Of a stretch of DNA of 64,000 nt, positions 52,125 to 62,893 are shown piece by piece. A model generated the notes under the pieces. It was not told where the DNA came from. It made no database searches and worked only from the letters and a program-made list of their open reading frames with translations. The DNA comes from an uncultured Phycisphaerales bacterium (GTDB lineage Bacteria; Planctomycetota; Phycisphaerae; Tepidisphaerales; Tepidisphaeraceae): NCBI GenBank assembly GCA_963755915.1, contig CAVWLP010000003.1:1120001-1184000 (forward strand), read 5' to 3'. The position numbers and the translations under genes are program-made. How positions within the stretch are numbered: the stretch's first letter is position 1; each line of letters begins with the position of its first letter.

Positions 52125-52613
52125 ATGGATATCAGTCAAACAAGAGAAGCAGTCGTGAAGTTGCTTAGTGACGTACGGCTCCATGCCGAACGTTCGAAAG
52201 TGATTTTCCAGGAACTGGGCAAGATCGCTCAGGACCCGGATGTCAAAGAAGTGCTCACCGCCCGGGCGTTTGTGGCGGATAAGAATCTCAGCGAAATCGA
52301 TCAGTGCTTTAAGCTCATCGATGAACGGCCGGTGACCCCGACCGGCAGATTGTACGAGACATTCGTGGAGGATTTCCGCAAGGAAATCGCTCAGATCGAA
52401 TCGCCGGTGGCGAAGAGGCTGTTTGCCCTGGCACGCACGCTCCATCTGGTGCATCTGCGTGTCGCGGAATACGTGGTGCTGATCGCCGCCGCGGATCTCA
52501 GCGGCCATTACGGAGTTGGCGTGCTGCTGGAAAGCTGCCTCGCAGACAAGTTGGCGTTTATCGAGAGAACCCGTCGCATCATCCGCAATGTGCGGGAAAT
52601 GGCGATGGCATAA
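52125..52613 (+). CDS. Ferritin-like (DUF892/YciF-like) helical protein
   Basis: All-helical; QDPDVKE.L..R, IDQCF, H...AEY, LLESCLAD pattern; AGGA RBS. Confidence 0.55.
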   Translation: MDISQTREAVVKLLSDVRLHAERSKVIFQELGKIAQDPDVKEVLTARAFVADKNLSEIDQCFKLIDERPVTPTGRLYETFVEDFRKEIAQIESPVAKRLFALARTLHLVHLRVAEYVVLIAAADLSGHYGVGVLLESCLADKLAFIERTRRIIRNVREMAMA

Positions 52614-53037
52614 GGAAAATCGCAGGCGACCACGTGAAATTTGCGCGGCGGGCGACGAGCCGGCGGACAGCCCCGGAGCGCAGTAAGGTTAGTGCCGGCT
52701 CAGCGCTGCGTTAACCCAGCCCAAAGCCTAACTTCCTGTTGGCGGTCTTCCATAACCGATTCTGTTTGAGTTTCGTGCTCAAATACGAGGGAGTTGTCAG
52801 CTTAACAGGTGCCTAGTCATGAGACCATCAATCATGCAAAAGAATCGGTCTTGGAGGCGAAGAGCGTTGGAATACATCCTCTTCCTCGTCTCCATCATCG
52901 GCTTAATGTGGACGCTCTGATCGCTGAACGCGTCGCCAGCAGGCACCGCGCCGCAACGTAATGCCGGGGTGGGTAAAAGAACCCGCCCTTTTTCGTGCGC
53001 AGAGGGTAGAATGTATCTTTACACCCGAAAGGGACAC

Positions 53038-53262
53038 ATGGATATCGAAGATGCCGTCACTCGGCAGTCGTATCGCGGTTTTGAGTTGACTCAACTTCGC
53101 CAGGGGACTGCCGCAGAAACGCGCTGGTATATCACGCAAAACAATTCTGGCATGAGCCACAGCTATGGATTTGCCGCCTCCGTAAAAGCAGCAATGGGCA
53201 GGATCGACGATTTGTTGAACAACTACTCGCCGGAATCAACCAATCCTCAATTATCGTTATAG
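53038..53262 (+). CDS. Small hypothetical protein
   Basis: 75-codon ORF with purine-rich RBS; YRGFEL...WYI..SYGFA. Confidence 0.45.
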   Translation: MDIEDAVTRQSYRGFELTQLRQGTAAETRWYITQNNSGMSHSYGFAASVKAAMGRIDDLLNNYSPESTNPQLSL

Positions 53263-53704
53263 CAAGTTGCCTCCGGACGGCTTTTTTCGTGCGCGGATGA
53301 GTTGCGGCGCAAATTTGTGAAATTTGGGTTGGTTGCGGATAATCTAAATTGGCCGAGGGCAATATCCCAAAGAGAATACTTCTGGTCGAAGACAACGCCG
53401 ATACGCGATATGTTATCATTGATATCAACGATATCATTGATATCATGAAAACCCGTACCCTATCCCGCCCATTTTGTTGCGGACTGTCAAGTTTTGTATT
53501 GAAGGGGTCAAAACCAAAACGCGAGGGGCGACCGGCGAAATTCAGCAAGTTCGTGACCGCATGGTTTCGGGCTCCTGACACTTTTAATTGCCGCGAAGAT
53601 CGGGGCGGGGCATTGGGGGTTTTCGTAAAAGGGATCACAGAAGGTAGGAAGCGCGCATTGCAAGCGGCGCCTCGGGAAAGCGCTTCCCTGCGGGGCGCGG
53701 CTAA

Positions 53705-53866
53705 GAAGCTGTTTCATAACCTCGCGCGGCCGCTGCTTGCGTCTGGCGAAGGCTGGCGGCGTTGCTCCTCCTCCCCATATTTCCGGTCAATATTGTTCGT
53801 CGTCGCGCCTTGCCAGCATTCGCCAGCCGCGGCGCATCGGCTCGCGGGAGGTTATGAAACAGCTTC
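53705..53866. mobile_element. MITE inserted in a REP end
   Basis: IR gaagctgtttcataacctc / gaggttatgaaacagcttc; TAA duplication at 53702-53704 and 53867-53869. Confidence 0.8.
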
Positions 53867-53920
53867 TAAACTGGATTGGACGGGTTTTGCGTGGAACCTG
53901 TGGGCTGGATATGAGGTGGT

Positions 53921-54897
53921 TTAGCTTGGCGGTGAGGCCCGGCGGCGCATCGCCAGCAGGGGGCAAGCTGCCAGAGCGAGGAATGCGCAGGCTGGTTCGG
54001 GGATTGGATCGACGACGTCGAATCCGGCGTTGCCGCCGCCGACGAGTTGGGTGATTGAGTCGAAGTAGAGGGTGCGGGTTTCGCCGGTGGTGTAATTGGC
54101 GGTGTCCCAATCGTACTGGCCGAGGTGAAGGTTGATTCCGGCGTCAGCGTCGAGGCTGTCGGTGGCAGTGTCCCAACCGTCGGTACCGTTGCCGCCGTAG
54201 CCGAGGTCGATTCCTGTCACTGAAAACGTGGGATCGTTTTGGGGGGCGCCGCCGATCCAGACTTGCAATTCGCCCTGGTCTTCGCGGGATACGACGAAGT
54301 GCATAACGATCGGCACCCAGGCGTCGCGGGTGACGGTGGCGTCGACCAGGCTTCCCCACAGTCCATTCGCGCCAACGGTGGGGGCGACTTCGTTGCCGCG
54401 GTAGAGGATGCGGAAGGAATTGTTCTGAATCATGAGCATGGCGCCCCAGGAGGAGTCGCCGTCGAGGGCATTGTCGAAAATCTGGGCGATGGTGGCGACT
54501 TTGTCGGTGGGAAAGCCGGTCGAGGGGACGTAAATGTCGAAACCTTCCCAGCCTTCCTTGGTGAAGTCGAGAGGACTTAAGATCTCCGCGCCCTTGTGAT
54601 CGCGAACTTCGCTTTCTTCCCAGCCTTCCTCGGACCAAAAGGAGGTGAGGTAATCCGTGCCGCCGGCGGCGGCGGGGAGCGCTCCGGGCGTGCCGGCCCT
54701 GGTGACGGTGACCGTGTCCGGCGACTCGGTCGCCGAGAGCGTCATCGGGCTCAGCGAGCCGGTGTCAAAGCCGGTCTGAACCTCAGTGCTGGTGTCGATG
54801 ACCTGGGCAGCAGCGCCAGAGGGAAAAAAGCGAGAACAAGAATGGTTGCAAAAAATGTTCGAACGAGAAATGTTCGGACGGGGCCGAATGAACCCAC
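53921..54897 (-). CDS. PEP-CTERM-sorted protein with polysaccharide lyase-like domain; frameshift near 54800
   Basis: C-terminal IPEP-hydrophobic-RRR; E..EGWEGFDIYVP, IAQIF, G.LQVW, LYFD; signal peptide in the 54751-54966 frame after a GAGGAG RBS. Confidence 0.72.
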
Positions 54898-55183
54898 GGT
54901 GATCTCCTCATCGCCCCCCATAGTGCCGCCATGCAAACTTCTATCACACGATGCGCGGTCGTCCACAAAAATCCTCGTGGGCGAGGGAAGAATTTGAGCA
55001 ATGCGGAGGCGTTGGGGTTGAATTGGCGCGCGCTTTGGTCGCAGTGCGCACCGGGGGAACGACTTTCATGCGCTTTTCGGGATTCAGCCGCCGCCCCTTG
55101 CCGCGACAATAGACAGGGAAGAAAGAGAGACGGTGGGGACTTAAAGGGGGGACATAAAGGGGAGGGACAGGATCGGTTTTTCG

Positions 55184-55213
55184 TTGACAGGGGTGCGGGC
55201 AGTGGGGTAGCAT
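55184..55213 (+). promoter_or_regulatory. Putative sigma70 promoter
   Basis: TTGACA-N18-TAGCAT, about 60 nt upstream of the prepilin-type gene. Confidence 0.45.
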
Positions 55214-55271
55214 TTATTTTCACGTTGCAAGTAAGTGCAGGGTTACGCGGATCAAGTCTGTCTGGAGAGCA

Positions 55272-56270
55272 ATGCGACGCCGATTGGGATTTACGCTGGT
55301 CGAACTTCTGGTGGTGATCGGGATTATCGCGATCCTGGTGGGGATTCTGTTGCCCGCGCTTCAGAAGGCGCGGAAAATGGCGAACACCTTGGAATGCCTT
55401 TCCAATCTTCGCCAACTGAACATGGCCCAGATGATGTATCTTCAGGAAAACGGGTACATCGAAACGTCAATCGGCAACGGAACAACGCCGGGTTATTCGT
55501 GGATGGTGCCGATCGCGAAATACATGCAGGGGTTCAAGGATCCGTATGACCCGGCCAACGGAATGACGCAAACGCCGTCATACGCGCAGCAGATTGCGTT
55601 CCTGCCGAGCCTGCCAAAAGTATGGTTTTGTCCTGAAGCGCCAATCTCATCGGTGACTCAACCGAATCCTCTGCTGGCCAACGCCTCCCCCACCGGCGGG
55701 TTCTGGGGCAACGCCAGCGCGCCCTGGGGGCCGGGGACCTACAGCGACATCGAATACATGTGCAGCAGCTATGGGATCAACGGCTGGCTCTATTCGCTAC
55801 CGCAGTCTGTACTCATTGGAGGGATGCCCGCGCCGATTTACTGGGCGGGGCTGCAAACGACGGTGTCGACGACATCTGAAACCAACGACGCCCGATTCTT
55901 TCACAACATCAAGCGCGTCAAAAACGCCTCGAAAGTGCCGTTGTTTGCCGACTGTGTCTGGCTCGAGGGTTGGCCGTATAACTTCGGGCAGATTCCGTTC
56001 TCGTCTCATCCGTTTACTTACTACACCGATTTTCCTCCGACGGATTTGACCGGGCAGTATGCGTATGAATCGACGGCAATCGGCGTGATACTTCCCGCGA
56101 ATGAGGCTCAGATGGACCGCTTCTGCATCGCACGGCACGGGCAGGCGATCAATATCGTCTTCTTCGACGGTCACGCGGAAACCGTGCCTCTGGCGAACTT
56201 GTGGGGATTGCAATGGAGCCCGATGTCGGCGGTTGGGACGGTTTCTTCCCGGCCGCTCCCCAAACAGTGA
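55272..56270 (+). CDS. Prepilin-type N-terminal cleavage/methylation protein (DUF1559-like, H-X9-DG)
   Basis: [48 protein letters not shown]. Confidence 0.92.
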   Translation: MRRRLGFTLVELLVVIGIIAILVGILLPALQKARKMANTLECLSNLRQLNMAQMMYLQENGYIETSIGNGTTPGYSWMVPIAKYMQGFKDPYDPANGMTQTPSYAQQIAFLPSLPKVWFCPEAPISSVTQPNPLLANASPTGGFWGNASAPWGPGTYSDIEYMCSSYGINGWLYSLPQSVLIGGMPAPIYWAGLQTTVSTTSETNDARFFHNIKRVKNASKVPLFADCVWLEGWPYNFGQIPFSSHPFTYYTDFPPTDLTGQYAYESTAIGVILPANEAQMDRFCIARHGQAINIVFFDGHAETVPLANLWGLQWSPMSAVGTVSSRPLPKQ

Positions 56271-56292
56271 TCGCGGGTTTTGTGGCGGGGGA

Positions 56293-56320
56293 AGCGCTTC
56301 CCTGCGGGGCGCGGCTAAAC
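56293..56320. repeat. REP-like palindrome
   Basis: agcgcttccctgcggggcgcggctaaac, identical over 26 bp to 53679-53704; lies between convergent genes. Confidence 0.7.
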
Positions 56321-56332
56321 GGGGGCGAACGG

Positions 56333-57796
56333 TTATTTGGTCCCTCGCTGTATCCGACTGACTGAGGCGCCATCGTCAGGGTGCAGGTGGATGAAGATCC
56401 AGGCGGTGGCCATGGTGAAGAGGCCCATGGCGAGGAATGTGCGATGGATGCCCCAGACCATCCTGGCGGGGCTGGGGTGGCGATTGCCGTTGAGGAGAAG
56501 GATCGTGGCGAGGGAGGCGATGGCTACGCCGAAGCTGAGGGACATTTGCTGGACGGTGCTGGCGATGGTGCTGCCGCTGCTTTCGTCGGCGTCTTCGAGG
56601 TCGGCGAAAGCCAGGGTGTTCATGCTAAGGAATTGGACCGATGAAAAGAGTCCGAAGAAAAACGCTTCGGTGGCGATGACCCAGGCGGGGGTGCCGGGTC
56701 CGATGGTGATGAAGAGCAGGGTCAGGGCGCCGATGGCCATGGTGTTGAAGAGGAGGACTTTGCGGTATCCGAGGGCATTGAGGAGGCGGGGAATGAACGG
56801 CTTGGAGACGATCGCGGCGAGCGTTTGGGGCATGATCAGGAGCCCGGACTGGACGGCGGTGTAGCCCAATCCGATCTGGTAGAGGAGGGGGAAAAGAAAC
56901 GGCAATCCGCCGACGCCCAGGCGAGTGATGAAGCTTCCGGTGACGGCGGCGCGGAAGGTGCGTATGTCGAAAAGGCGGAGGCGGAGCAGGGGAAATTTCT
57001 CCTTGCGGCCGTGTAGGACGTAGGCCCACAAGAGGAGTGCGGAGAGGGCGAGGAGGCAAATCTGGGAAGCGAGACTGAGGCCGGGCTCGCCGAAGATTTC
57101 AAGGACATAGGAGAGGATCGCGATGCCGGAGCTGAAGAGGATGAGGCCGACGATGTCGAGCGGATCGCTTTTGGGGGTGCGGAAATCGGGCATGTGGCGG
57201 AAGGTCATGTAGAGACCGAAGAGACCCATGGGCAGATTGACGAAGAAGATCATGCGCCAATTCAGATAGTCGACGATAAATCCACCGGCGAGGGGACCGA
57301 GGAAGGGGCCGATGAGGGCGGGGATGGTCATGAAGCTGTAGGCGCGGAGCAGTTGGGATTTGGGGAAGGTGCGGACGAGGGCGATCCTTCCGACGGGAAC
57401 CATGAGTGCTCCGCCGCAGCCTTGAAGGACGCGGCTGGCGACGAGCATGTGCATGTTGACGGAGATGCCGCAGAGGAGGGAACCGAGGGTGAAGAGGATG
57501 ATGGCGGTGAAGAAGACGCGGCGGGTGCCGAAGCGGTCGGCGATCCATCCGCTGACGGGAATGAAGACGGCGAGACTGAGCATATAGCTGGTGAGCGCGG
57601 ACTTCATGTTGAGGGCGGGGACGTGGAGCGCAGCGGCGATGGCCGGGACGGCGGTGTTGAGGATGGTGGTGTCGAGTTGCTCCATGAACATGGCCATGGC
57701 GACGAGCCAGGGGAGCAGGCGGCGGGTGAGGGCGGGATCGGGAAAGTCGGCCAGGGCCGTCGAGTTTGTGGTCACGGGTGGAGAGGCTATTTGCAA
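56333..57796 (-). CDS. DHA2 (EmrB/QacA) family MFS efflux transporter
   Basis: FMEQLDTTILNTAVP, GWIADRFGTRR, WRMIFFVNLP; about 14 TM segments. Confidence 0.93.
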   Translation of the reverse strand: MQIASPPVTTNSTALADFPDPALTRRLLPWLVAMAMFMEQLDTTILNTAVPAIAAALHVPALNMKSALTSYMLSLAVFIPVSGWIADRFGTRRVFFTAIILFTLGSLLCGISVNMHMLVASRVLQGCGGALMVPVGRIALVRTFPKSQLLRAYSFMTIPALIGPFLGPLAGGFIVDYLNWRMIFFVNLPMGLFGLYMTFRHMPDFRTPKSDPLDIVGLILFSSGIAILSYVLEIFGEPGLSLASQICLLALSALLLWAYVLHGRKEKFPLLRLRLFDIRTFRAAVTGSFITRLGVGGLPFLFPLLYQIGLGYTAVQSGLLIMPQTLAAIVSKPFIPRLLNALGYRKVLLFNTMAIGALTLLFITIGPGTPAWVIATEAFFFGLFSSVQFLSMNTLAFADLEDADESSGSTIASTVQQMSLSFGVAIASLATILLLNGNRHPSPARMVWGIHRTFLAMGLFTMATAWIFIHLHPDDGASVSRIQRGTK

Positions 57797-58136
57797 AACG
57801 CACTTGGGGCCAGCTTTGAGGATGGGGATTCATGGGGATCGAAAGGTGCGCCACGCAAGAAGCGCCCCGCAAGCGGGGCGGCTACACGAAGAGTGGGATG
57901 ATCGATTGCGCGGAATATGTTTTCCCGCGCAGGGGGAGAATTTATCAATTCGGAAGATTTTCCAAGCTGGATGGGGGAAAGCGGTGCTACTGTAAGGGGT
58001 GGTTGGATGGTCGGACGTAACTTGCGGCGGGGGAAATGGAGGGCTGGGGCGGATTTGAAGGAGATAACACACCCGAATAAATCGTAGATAAGCAACGAAT
58101 AGTCACAACGAATAGTCACTTGGAAAGGAGCTCATT

Positions 58137-58505
58137 ATGAGCGTTCAAACAGTCGCTCACAAATTTGTGGAATTGTGCCGGGCGGGGAAGAACTTTGATG
58201 TGATGCGCACGATGTACGCGGCGAACATCGTCTCGGTCGAGGGGGATGGGAAACAGACGGCGGGGCAGCAGCCGGTGATCAAGAAATCGGAGGACTGGGT
58301 CTCGGATAAAACCTTCAACGGCGAGACGGTGGCGGGGCCTTTTTTTAATGGGGCGAATCCGGATCAGTTCGTGGTTTATTTTACGCTTGATGTGACACCG
58401 AAGGCGACTGGGAAGCGCATCACGTTGGAGGAAGTGGGCGTTTATACGGTGAACAAGGAAGATAAGATCACACGCGAACAATTCTTTTACGAAGGCGCGC
58501 ATTAG
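58137..58505 (+). CDS. SnoaL-like/NTF2 family protein
   Basis: AAGGAG RBS; LVELCR.G-type start, YA.NIVSVE, EEVGVYTV..KI.REQFFY. Confidence 0.8.
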   Translation: MSVQTVAHKFVELCRAGKNFDVMRTMYAANIVSVEGDGKQTAGQQPVIKKSEDWVSDKTFNGETVAGPFFNGANPDQFVVYFTLDVTPKATGKRITLEEVGVYTVNKEDKITREQFFYEGAH

Positions 58506-58618
58506 ACAGTGTTTCGTGTTTTTGGGTCACGGGAACGCGCCCCGCAAGCGGGGCCGCTAAACTTTGTGATCGACGCCTCCGGGCTGCCGACAAATGATCC
58601 AATTCCGAGAAGGATCCA

Positions 58619-59464
58619 ATGATGACAGCGAACACGTCTGTTAAAACCTCGCAGCTTCGGGTGACGCGGCGGTCGGCGGCGTATTGGCGGGTGACGATCG
58701 ACAACCCGCCGATTAACGTCATGGGGCCGCAAATGGTGCGGGACTTTCAGGAAGTCATCAACGCGCTGGAGGCGGATAAGGATGTCAGGGTGGTGGTCTT
58801 CGAGAGCGCGGTCGAGGGTTACTTCCTGAATCATTCGGACTTCCTGGGGAAGCTGGAGGATCTGACGTCGATGCCGGCTGGCCCGACGGGGTTGCCGCCC
58901 TGGCCGGACTTTCTGGTGCGTCTGCCGCGGGCGGCGGTGGTTTCCATCGCGCTGATTCGCGGGCGTGCGACGGGCAACGGGAGTGAGATCACGCTGGCGT
59001 GCGACATGAGTTTCGCGAGCCGGGAGAAGGCGATTCTCTCGCAATGGGAGGTCGGGGTGGGGATGGTTGCGGGGGGTGGGCCGATGGCGCGGCTGCCGCA
59101 ACTGATCGGGCGAAACCGGGCGCTTGAGGTGCTTTTGGGCTCGGATGATATTCGGGGAGAACAGGCGGAGGCGTATGGGTACGTCAATCGCGCGCTGCCG
59201 GACGGCGAACTGGATGCATATGTAGAAGCGCTGGCGACCCGGATCGCCGGGTTTGATAAATGGGCGATTGCCAATACCAAGCGGCTTGTGAACACGAGCT
59301 TGCCGCCGGACGTCGAACTTGGCGCGGGGTGGGACGCATGCATGGCTTCGCTGGGGCGACCCGCGGCGCAGAATGGAATCAAAGCATTGATCGTGCGCGG
59401 ATTCCACAAGCCGGGGGATGTGGAAAATCGCCTGGGATATTACCTGGGCAAAATCCAGGGGTAG
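58619..59464 (+). CDS. Enoyl-CoA hydratase/isomerase family protein
   Basis: DNPPIN, IRGRATGNGSE..LACD, EVGVG, G.NRALE. Confidence 0.9.
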   Translation: MMTANTSVKTSQLRVTRRSAAYWRVTIDNPPINVMGPQMVRDFQEVINALEADKDVRVVVFESAVEGYFLNHSDFLGKLEDLTSMPAGPTGLPPWPDFLVRLPRAAVVSIALIRGRATGNGSEITLACDMSFASREKAILSQWEVGVGMVAGGGPMARLPQLIGRNRALEVLLGSDDIRGEQAEAYGYVNRALPDGELDAYVEALATRIAGFDKWAIANTKRLVNTSLPPDVELGAGWDACMASLGRPAAQNGIKALIVRGFHKPGDVENRLGYYLGKIQG

Positions 59465-59488
59465 GAAGCCGTTTCACCGATGTGAAGA

Positions 59489-60607
59489 ATGTTTCAATTC
59501 GGAAGATCTTCGGTGTATGGCGTGAAGCGTTCCTTGTGGTCATTGGTTTGGATTCGCCGGGTTGTCGGGGTGGCTCTGTTGATTGGAGTCGTCATGCTCT
59601 TCCATTCGAAGAATCCGTTCGCGGCGACGGCAAATGCTGCCCTGGATGACGAGGGCCCGATGCCGGAACTGGGGGGTGCTGTCGCCTGGCTTAACTCCGC
59701 GCCCTTGAAGGCGGAATCGCTGCGGGGAAAGGTTGTGCTGGTGAATTTCTGGACCTACTCGTGCATCAACAGCCTGCGGGAGTTGCCGTACGTAAAAAGC
59801 TGGGCGGCGAAGTATAAGGATGCGGGGCTGGTCGTGATCGGCGTACACGCGCCTGAGTTCGGATTCGAGAGGGAGCGTGCGAACGTGGAAAATGCGGTGC
59901 GGGAACTGAATATTATTTTCCCCGTCCCGATCGACAGCGACCACGCGATTTGGCAGGCGTTCAACAACGAAGCGTGGCCGGCCGACTATTTCATCGACGC
60001 CAAGGGGCGCATCCGCTATCACCACTTCGGGGAGGGGGAATATGACAAATCGGAGCAGGTGATCCAGGAACTTCTTAAAGAGAATGGAGCGACTGGACTG
60101 GATGCGAGCTTGGTTCATCCGGTGGCCCAGGGAGCGGAGGCGCCGCCGGGCGATGACACGGAATCTGGGGAAACCTACGTCGGCTATGCCCGGGCGGAAA
60201 ATTTCGCGTCGCCCGAACAAGTGGCCCAGGACGCGGCGCAGAATTACAGCCTGCCGGTGAAACCCTCGTTGAATCAGTGGGGCCTCGGCGGAGCATGGAA
60301 CGTCGGCGCGGAGAGCGCCGTGCTTCAGCAGGCGCCGGGCCGGATCGCATTTCGATTCCACAGCCGGGATTTGCATATGGTTTTGGGTCCGCCAGGGGGC
60401 GGCAAGGTTGTGCATTTCAAGGTGCGTTTGGACGGCGTCGCGCCCGGGGACGATCATGGAGTCGACTCCAATGCGGAAGGGGCGGGCGAGATTCGCGAGC
60501 CGCGCATGTACCAGCTCATTCGGCAGAAGGGCCCGACACGAGACCGAACATTTGAAATCGAATTCGACGACCCCGGCGTCGAGGTTTATTCGTTTACGTT
60601 TGGATGA
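59489..60607 (+). CDS. DipZ-like thioredoxin protein (CxxS) with C-terminal carbohydrate-binding-like domain
   Basis: WLNS.PL, FWTYSCINS, GVHAPEF, FGEGEY, PRMYQLIRQ, YSFTFG. Confidence 0.85.
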   Translation: MFQFGRSSVYGVKRSLWSLVWIRRVVGVALLIGVVMLFHSKNPFAATANAALDDEGPMPELGGAVAWLNSAPLKAESLRGKVVLVNFWTYSCINSLRELPYVKSWAAKYKDAGLVVIGVHAPEFGFERERANVENAVRELNIIFPVPIDSDHAIWQAFNNEAWPADYFIDAKGRIRYHHFGEGEYDKSEQVIQELLKENGATGLDASLVHPVAQGAEAPPGDDTESGETYVGYARAENFASPEQVAQDAAQNYSLPVKPSLNQWGLGGAWNVGAESAVLQQAPGRIAFRFHSRDLHMVLGPPGGGKVVHFKVRLDGVAPGDDHGVDSNAEGAGEIREPRMYQLIRQKGPTRDRTFEIEFDDPGVEVYSFTFG

Positions 60608-60616
60608 GGTGGTGCC

Positions 60617-61346
60617 ATGAGCAGTGCGGCCAAGACAGCCATTGTGACGGGAGCCTCTCAGGGGATCGGCGCGGGGCTGGTGAATGCGTTTGTGGAGCGC
60701 GGATTTAATGTCGTCGCCAATTCGCGGAAGGTGACGCAATCGACGCTTGTTTCGGCGTCGGAATATGTGGCGCTGGTGGATGGGGACATCGGCCAGGCGG
60801 CAACGGCGGCCAGGATCGTGGAGACGGCGCTGGCGCGGTTCAAGTCGATTGACGTGGTGGTCAATAATGCCGGGATCATCTCTACCAAGCCATTTATCGA
60901 ATATACGGCTGAAGATTTCAGGTCGCTGGTTTCGACGAACCTGGAGGGGTTTCTGTACGTGACCCAGCTTTCGATCAAGCAGATGCTGGCGCAAAAAAGA
61001 GGCGGGAGCATTGTCACGATCACGGCCGCGCTGGCCCGCAACCCGATCCGGGGCGTGAACGCGGCGGTGCCGATGATTACCAAGGGGGGGTCTGGAAACG
61101 GTCACGCAGCACCTTGCGATGGAATATGCCAAAGACGGGATCCGCGTGAACGCGGTGGCGCCGGGCGTGGTGGATACGTTCATTCAAGACAACGCGACTG
61201 AAGAAGAGATGAAGAGCCGATCGCCGATGGGGCGGGTTTCGACGGTTGGGGAGATCACGGACGCCGTGATGTATCTGACCGACGCGGAGAGCGTTACGGG
61301 GCAGACGCTTTATATTGATGGCGGCGCTCATTTCGGGCGGTGGTGA
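60617..61346 (+). CDS. SDR family oxidoreductase; +1 G in run 61084-61090
   Basis: TGASQGIG, NNAG, TKGG then EYAKDGIRVNAVAPG in the next frame. Confidence 0.9.
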
Positions 61347-61404
61347 CCGAGCGGATTAAAGCAGCGAGATACCCATATGGCTATTTCGCGCGACACGGTC
61401 CGCT

Positions 61405-62757
61405 TCAGGAATTGATCGTGACAAACATCAGAACCGCGGCGACTGCCATTACCGCGGTCGCCAGCCACCCCATGAGGTGCAGCCAGGGAGAAGTGTCTTT
61501 GAATTCGCCCATGACTTTTTGATTCCGAATCATGAGCATCACAATGACCATGATGGGAACGGCTGCCACGCCATTCACAACCGCCGACCAGAAGAGGGCC
61601 TTGATCGGGGTCAGATGGGTGATGCGCTGGACCGCGGGGAAATTGATCGCCAGTCCGATCAAAGTGGAAAGCGTCAATACCGAATAAAACCCCTTGGCTT
61701 GCAGCGGCTTTTGATCCATGCCGGTTGGCAAACTGAGCGCCTCGCCGGCCGCATACGCGGCCGAACCGGCCAGTACGGGGACGGCAAGCAGTCCCGTGCC
61801 GATGATTCCGAAACTGAACAAGATGAAAGCCGCTTTCCCGGCGATGGGCCGCAGCGCTTCGGCGGCCTGGGCGGAAGTTTCCACGTCCTTTATTCCATGC
61901 GCGTTCAAGGTTGCCGCCGCCGCCACAATGATGAAGAACGCGACGATGTTGGAGAAAGTCATGCCGACGCAGGTGTCGAGCCGGATGCGGTCGAACTGCG
62001 CTTTCGCCTGCTCAGGCGCATGCTTGACGGGCTCCTCAGCGGCGTGGCTGTGAATCTCTTCTTTCTCAAGGGATGCCTGCCAGAAGAAAAGATAGGGACT
62101 GATCGTTGTCCCGAATACGGCGACAAAGGTCGCCCAGTAGTCGCTGCTCTTTTGGAACTTCGGCAGGACCGTCGATTTCAGGGCATGCCCCCAGGGCACG
62201 TGGGATACGAACGCGGCGAATATGTAGCTGAATAATACGAGAGCCAGCAATTTAAAAATCGAGGCGCATTTTTTGTACGAACCAAACACTTGCAGGACGA
62301 CTGTCAGCAGCGCGAACAATATCGCATAGAGCAAAGCGGGACCGCCGAACAAAAGTTTGGCGGCGTCACCCATCGCGCCGATGTCGGCCCCGATATTGAT
62401 GGTGTTGGCAATCAGCAGGAGTAAGACAACCGGATATAAAACTCCGCGCGGATAATGGCGGCGCAGATTGCCGGCGATGCCGTGACCGCTGACGCGACCG
62501 ATTCTTGCGCTAATCTCCTGAATCGCCGTCATCAGCGGGAGCGAGAGGACCATCGTCCAAAGCAGGCCATAGCCGAACGCGGCACCCGCCTGGGAATAGG
62601 TGGCGATTCCGCTGGGATCATCGTCCGAGGCGCCAGTGATCAGGCCGGGACCGAGGCGAGCGAAAAGGCCGGCCTTCGTCGGCGGGGAATTGGTCGAGGA
62701 AATGGGTGGACTTGATTCTGCCTCGACGGTCATAGGCTCTTTCTGGACAACAATCAT
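61405..62757 (-). CDS. NRAMP-family divalent metal transporter
   Basis: GPGLITGASDDDPSGIATYSQAGA, GTTISPYLFFWQ; 11-12 TM segments. Confidence 0.9.
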   Translation of the reverse strand: MIVVQKEPMTVEAESSPPISSTNSPPTKAGLFARLGPGLITGASDDDPSGIATYSQAGAAFGYGLLWTMVLSLPLMTAIQEISARIGRVSGHGIAGNLRRHYPRGVLYPVVLLLLIANTINIGADIGAMGDAAKLLFGGPALLYAILFALLTVVLQVFGSYKKCASIFKLLALVLFSYIFAAFVSHVPWGHALKSTVLPKFQKSSDYWATFVAVFGTTISPYLFFWQASLEKEEIHSHAAEEPVKHAPEQAKAQFDRIRLDTCVGMTFSNIVAFFIIVAAAATLNAHGIKDVETSAQAAEALRPIAGKAAFILFSFGIIGTGLLAVPVLAGSAAYAAGEALSLPTGMDQKPLQAKGFYSVLTLSTLIGLAINFPAVQRITHLTPIKALFWSAVVNGVAAVPIMVIVMLMIRNQKVMGEFKDTSPWLHLMGWLATAVMAVAAVLMFVTINS

Positions 62758-62893
62758 TCAGTCGGTGATCGCCCCCATCGACTCGGACGCGACTCAAGAT
62801 TCGCGGGCATCGTCCTGCTGAAATGGAAATCTTATCCGCGGGGCTTGGGACCCGCAGCGCGTAATAAATGTGGTTAAACAAATGGGTCGAGGA

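Noticed and set aside
61080-61095. Phase variation by poly-G tract in the SDR gene
   Set aside because: The run is only 7 G and the same type of indel occurs in many unrelated genes, so assembly error is more parsimonious.
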